In this document: piece by piece, positions 60,180 through 64,000 of the stretch
Numbering within the stretch: position 1 is the stretch's first letter
Layout of the letters: every line of letters begins with the position of its first letter
DNA from: Candidatus Poribacteria bacterium
GTDB lineage: Bacteria > Poribacteria > WGA-4E > WGA-3G
Direction: 5' to 3'
DNA: 64,000 bases
Assembly (NCBI GenBank): GCA_965205025.1
Contig: CBDBFU010000014.1
Location: 160,001 to 224,000, forward strand
Made by a program: the position numbers and the translations under genes
The notes under the pieces: generated by a model
The model's input: only the letters and a program-made list of their open reading frames with translations
Databases searched by the model: none
Told to the model about the DNA's origin: nothing

Positions 60180-61271
60180 ATGAGCCGTGTACGAATAGGT
60201 GTTATTGGTAGTGGTGCAATTGCGCAGGTACACCATTTGCCGAATCTTGCCCAGTTACATAGAGAATTTGAAGTACCCATAATTTGTGACTTATCTGAAA
60301 AGACTGTAGAAGCAGCTGCGAAGAGATTTAAAATTCCTGAATATGTTACAGATTACCGTAAAATCTTAGATTCAAAGGTTGATGCTGTCTTATTATGTCA
60401 TGGTGATCCAAAGACAGAAGTTGCTCTTGCTGCATTTGAAGCAGGAAAACATGTCTTCATTGAGAAACCTGTCTGTTTTTCATTACAAGAAATAGATGCC
60501 ATGATTGCTGCTCAGAAAAAGGCTAACAAAATAGGACAGGCAGGTTATATGAAGGTACACGATCCTGCTTTTCAATATGCAAAAACTGAAGTTGATTCAA
60601 TGGAGAGTTATCGGTTTGTACAAATTAACCATCTACATCCAAACAACAGATTACATCTGAGTCAATTTGACGTGGAAAGATATGATGACATTCCTGAAAA
60701 TGCTTTTGAACCTGCACATACTGCTCGCAGACAGGCTGTAGCAGAAGCAATTGGTGATGTCTCACCAGAAGCAGAACGCGCGTTCTTCTTACTATCAGGA
60801 AGTATGATTCATGACCTATACAGTATGCGAGTGATGTTGGGATCACCATCTGAGGTAGTGAGTGCCGAAGTATGGTCAAATGGACAAGGTGTGAGTATCG
60901 TATTTGGATTTCCAAACGGTGCGCGTTGTATTGCTACCTGGGTTGATTTACCGGATCTGTGGGATTTCAAAGAAACATTAGAGATCTATGGTGATAATAA
61001 AAGGGTTGTTGTCTCCTATCCTACAGGATTTTCACGAGGTATACTTTCTGAAGTGAATATACACGGAATTGATGCAGTAGGCACAACATATAGTAAAACT
61101 CCAGCGATTGAGTGGGAAAGTGCTTTTGTACGCGAATTACGCCATTTTCATGCTTGTATTACCGAAGGTGTAGAATGCTATACTTCGATTGAATCTGCAC
61201 GGAAGGATATTGAATTAATTATTAGTATTGTTAGGTGTTTTGTTGATAGATCTCCTATAACATGCAATTAA
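60180..61271 (+). CDS. Gfo/Idh/MocA oxidoreductase
   Basis: IGVIGSGAIA, GKHVFIEKP and IHD motifs. Confidence 0.9.
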   Translation: MSRVRIGVIGSGAIAQVHHLPNLAQLHREFEVPIICDLSEKTVEAAAKRFKIPEYVTDYRKILDSKVDAVLLCHGDPKTEVALAAFEAGKHVFIEKPVCFSLQEIDAMIAAQKKANKIGQAGYMKVHDPAFQYAKTEVDSMESYRFVQINHLHPNNRLHLSQFDVERYDDIPENAFEPAHTARRQAVAEAIGDVSPEAERAFFLLSGSMIHDLYSMRVMLGSPSEVVSAEVWSNGQGVSIVFGFPNGARCIATWVDLPDLWDFKETLEIYGDNKRVVVSYPTGFSRGILSEVNIHGIDAVGTTYSKTPAIEWESAFVRELRHFHACITEGVECYTSIESARKDIELIISIVRCFVDRSPITCN

Positions 61272-61276
61272 AAATG

Positions 61277-61312
61277 AAAGGGTGGACAATTCTGTTAAAT
61301 TGTCCACCCTTT
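61277..61312. terminator. Bidirectional intrinsic terminator
   Basis: AAAGGGTGGACAATT...AATTGTCCACCCTTT. Confidence 0.85.
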
Positions 61313-61327
61313 GTTGAAGATAGAGTA

Positions 61328-63430
61328 TTATTCTTCAATTACTTCATCATCTATTGCCGGTTCAATTACTTCGTCATCTATTATTGGTTCAATGGGTTGA
61401 ACTTCGACTTCAATTTCTGTGTCTCCAGTCACAATAAACCTATTTACGATGAATGGCAGACCAGTAATTGGTACTGGTAATGGTTCCTCAATTTCTTCCT
61501 GTAGTTCACCATCGTCAGGTAGTTCACCGTCTTCAGGTAGTTCACTGTCATCTGGCATTTCACCATCGTCAGGTAGTTCACCGTCTTCAGGTAGTTCACT
61601 GTCATCTGGCATTTCACCGTCCTCTGGGAGTTCACCATTATCAGGTAGTTCACTGTCTTCACCTATATCAGGTTCTGGTAGGTTCTCGAACAATGTGGTA
61701 AAGAATTGTTCAAAGAAATTTTCAAAAAGTTCTTCGATTTCTGGATCGAGCATTTCAGGTTCATCCTCTAATGCAGCAAGCGTTACAAGGACTAATCCTT
61801 TATCATACTGACCATCTTTGAGTTGATATATCAGTTGATCTAAACTCTCTGGAGATGGAGCATTCTGTATACCAAAAGGATTGAAACCGAAAGTTGTCGC
61901 AGAGGTGACGGCTAAACGAGCTGGACCAGGTATGAAGTTTTCAGGTATTTGGAGTTTAACTTCTCTATACATCTTCCGATTTCTACCAGCAGCACTCCAA
62001 TGTGGTAACATCTCAACGACAAAAGTTGCTTCTTCACCCTGTTTAATTTCACCAACAACATGAATATCAGTTATCTCTGTGTGTAGAATATATGGTATAT
62101 CTATGAGAGATATCTTGACTTCATCAATGGTTGCTCTTTCAGCACCATTATAGAGAATATTGGATAATGGTTGAATTATTGATTTCATATTTTCCAATAC
62201 AGCTTTAAACGGGTCTGGTGCGATTGTTCTGAATGATTCTGTATAGACAGTATCAGTTTCTTTAAAACTAATTGCGACATTGGCTTCAATTGTACCCGGA
62301 CTAACTTCCATTCGAATTGAATCCAGTGTTGTAGCAACTACAACTGGAATTGCCCATTCTTGACCATATGCTACCTCATGGTTTTTCTGAATAGGTACTT
62401 GACTGTTGACGGGTTTATAATACACAGTAACAGGAATCATATCAGGTAATTTACCAAGTTCACCTACAATACCAGGCCTAAGGTCTTTGGTAATTGTACC
62501 TATTGGATTCCCATAAGCAGAAGCAGATTTATATGCAATTTCTGTATTCGGAACTATTCCATCAACTACAGCTCTGTATACAGGGAGTGACACCTTGCCA
62601 GCACGAAACATGTCATGACCAAAGGCAACAAAATTCCCATCATAAACCTGAGTGACAGTTCCAAAACCTATACTGTTTACAACATCACCGGTTGCGATTG
62701 CAACACCAATCATGTCACCCGCAGAAAGTTGTAATGTCGCATTTGCTGGTGGGGCAACAGGAGCACCGCCTATCCTTGAGAAAAATTGCACAGAATCAAA
62801 ATGTGTACCGCTAAGATGATCCGAAAGTTGTTGTAACCTGTTGTTGTCAACACCAGAGATTGTAACTGGAGTCTTCACTTTGGTAAAGGTCGCTTTTATT
62901 CCACCGCCTGGAGCAGCAGGTGGATTCAAAATATCACCAAAGGTTGTATGGTTAATGGTCGCTTCCATAGCTTCAATTGGTGTAACCAAAAATCTATATG
63001 GAGCTTTAGCCCAGGCGTCCCCATAAGCAAGAGCACCGAACACTCTTCCTGGAGGTCCAACTGGACTACCCGACATACCTTGTGCAACTCCTCCCATTGC
63101 TGTCACTGCTTCGTCGGTAAGAACACATTCATAGAGTGGAAATCCAAATCCAGAAGGTTGAATTCTACGAAATTCAGCTTCAAAAGCTACTTTACTCGTT
63201 CCTTCAATGGCAGTAATTACTTCTATACGGGTCTTAGTTGCAAGTTTACTGACTTCAGCTTCATACATCGGTTCAAGCACTACTTCTCCAACCAAAGGTG
63301 CTCCATTAAATACATTTGATACATCAGCAATAGTTGGATTTTGAACTTCAGGTTGTTCTTCATCCTGAGAACAACCGAATTGTATTATAATTGCTAATGT
63401 AATAAAAGCTATAACAAAATATCGTTTCAT
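61328..63430 (-). CDS. SpoIVB/peptidase S55-domain lipoprotein with acidic hexapeptide repeats
   Basis: QFGC lipobox, GVAQGMSGSPV, GTVT..AFGH; E(L/M)P(D/E)D(G/S) repeats. Confidence 0.85.
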   Translation of the reverse strand: MKRYFVIAFITLAIIIQFGCSQDEEQPEVQNPTIADVSNVFNGAPLVGEVVLEPMYEAEVSKLATKTRIEVITAIEGTSKVAFEAEFRRIQPSGFGFPLYECVLTDEAVTAMGGVAQGMSGSPVGPPGRVFGALAYGDAWAKAPYRFLVTPIEAMEATINHTTFGDILNPPAAPGGGIKATFTKVKTPVTISGVDNNRLQQLSDHLSGTHFDSVQFFSRIGGAPVAPPANATLQLSAGDMIGVAIATGDVVNSIGFGTVTQVYDGNFVAFGHDMFRAGKVSLPVYRAVVDGIVPNTEIAYKSASAYGNPIGTITKDLRPGIVGELGKLPDMIPVTVYYKPVNSQVPIQKNHEVAYGQEWAIPVVVATTLDSIRMEVSPGTIEANVAISFKETDTVYTESFRTIAPDPFKAVLENMKSIIQPLSNILYNGAERATIDEVKISLIDIPYILHTEITDIHVVGEIKQGEEATFVVEMLPHWSAAGRNRKMYREVKLQIPENFIPGPARLAVTSATTFGFNPFGIQNAPSPESLDQLIYQLKDGQYDKGLVLVTLAALEDEPEMLDPEIEELFENFFEQFFTTLFENLPEPDIGEDSELPDNGELPEDGEMPDDSELPEDGELPDDGEMPDDSELPEDGELPDDGELQEEIEEPLPVPITGLPFIVNRFIVTGDTEIEVEVQPIEPIIDDEVIEPAIDDEVIEE

Positions 63431-63783
63431 TACTTTCCCCTAATTAAAGTATATGAATAATTGAAATGAATTTCTTAATTAATTCATTATTTCTTTAAAA
63501 GTATTGAATTCAATAGTTGACTTTTAATTTGACAGACATAATTCATCAAAAAATATAAAATCTTATTAATGAACCTTAATCCGATTCATAGATTAAGAAT
63601 GGATTTTAAACGATATTATATATCTATGAGATATCTTGTTATGTCAAATTAAAGTATTGTTTAAAAACATTACTCTGTAGATATTTCAAGAAATAATCTA
63701 CAATAACTTAACCTAATTGATGGATACAAAATATTAATCTAATCAAAATATTAGATAGAATCCATGGTTGAATGCCTATAAAC

Positions 63784-64000
63784 CTACCAAGCAACCCAAC
63801 CCCCATCAACAGCTATTGTCTGCCCTGTGACCCAATTGGCGGCATCTGATGCTAAGAACAGAACTGCACCGACAACTTCGTCTACTTCTCCAACCCTCCC
63901 CATTGGAATACGACGGACAACATCTTCGTAAAATTCTTTTCTTTGTAATAAGACATTTGCAAGGGGGGTACGTGTGAACGCGGGGGCAACTGCATTGACT
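63784..64000 (-). CDS. SDR family oxidoreductase, 3' end (5' part outside window)
   Basis: VNAVAPAFTRTPL...IPMGRVG...FLASDAANWVTGQTIAVDGGWVAW*. Confidence 0.9.
   Translation of the reverse strand, partial: VNAVAPAFTRTPLANVLLQRKEFYEDVVRRIPMGRVGEVDEVVGAVLFLASDAANWVTGQTIAVDGGWVAW

Overview
AT-rich bacterial window, most likely Candidatus Poribacteria. This is an inference from the mix of sulfatases, an anaerobic sulfatase maturase, four PhyH-type dioxygenases, LamG/WD40/TPR proteins and the recurrent C-terminal 'KL(T/A)TxWxxIK' motif. Core or metabolic genes (trpB, argH, pyrF, truA, ppk2, FNR, aquaporin, Hsp20) are mixed with defence-type genes (MjaI-like R-M pair, orphan m6A MTase, AAA+DUF4276, DUF488), an intact IS701 and a recent ~4 kb tandem duplication of a large Gln-rich DUF4175-like membrane protein. 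The most striking unannotated signal is in the intergenic DNA. At least five families of miniature TIR-bounded elements carry REP-like hairpins as central cargo and insert into the loops of each other's hairpins, one with an 18-bp target duplication and one with its empty site visible in the duplicated promoter. A separate ~150-bp structured repeat occurs three times, once at the duplication junction. Protein-level oddities include two PhyH enzymes with an HxG (halogenase-like) motif, a sulfatase-fold protein with Thr in place of the formylglycine Cys/Ser, an Hsp20 with a 130-aa Arg-rich N-terminus, and a candidate C-terminal sorting signal. All calls were made by eye; no database searches were run.
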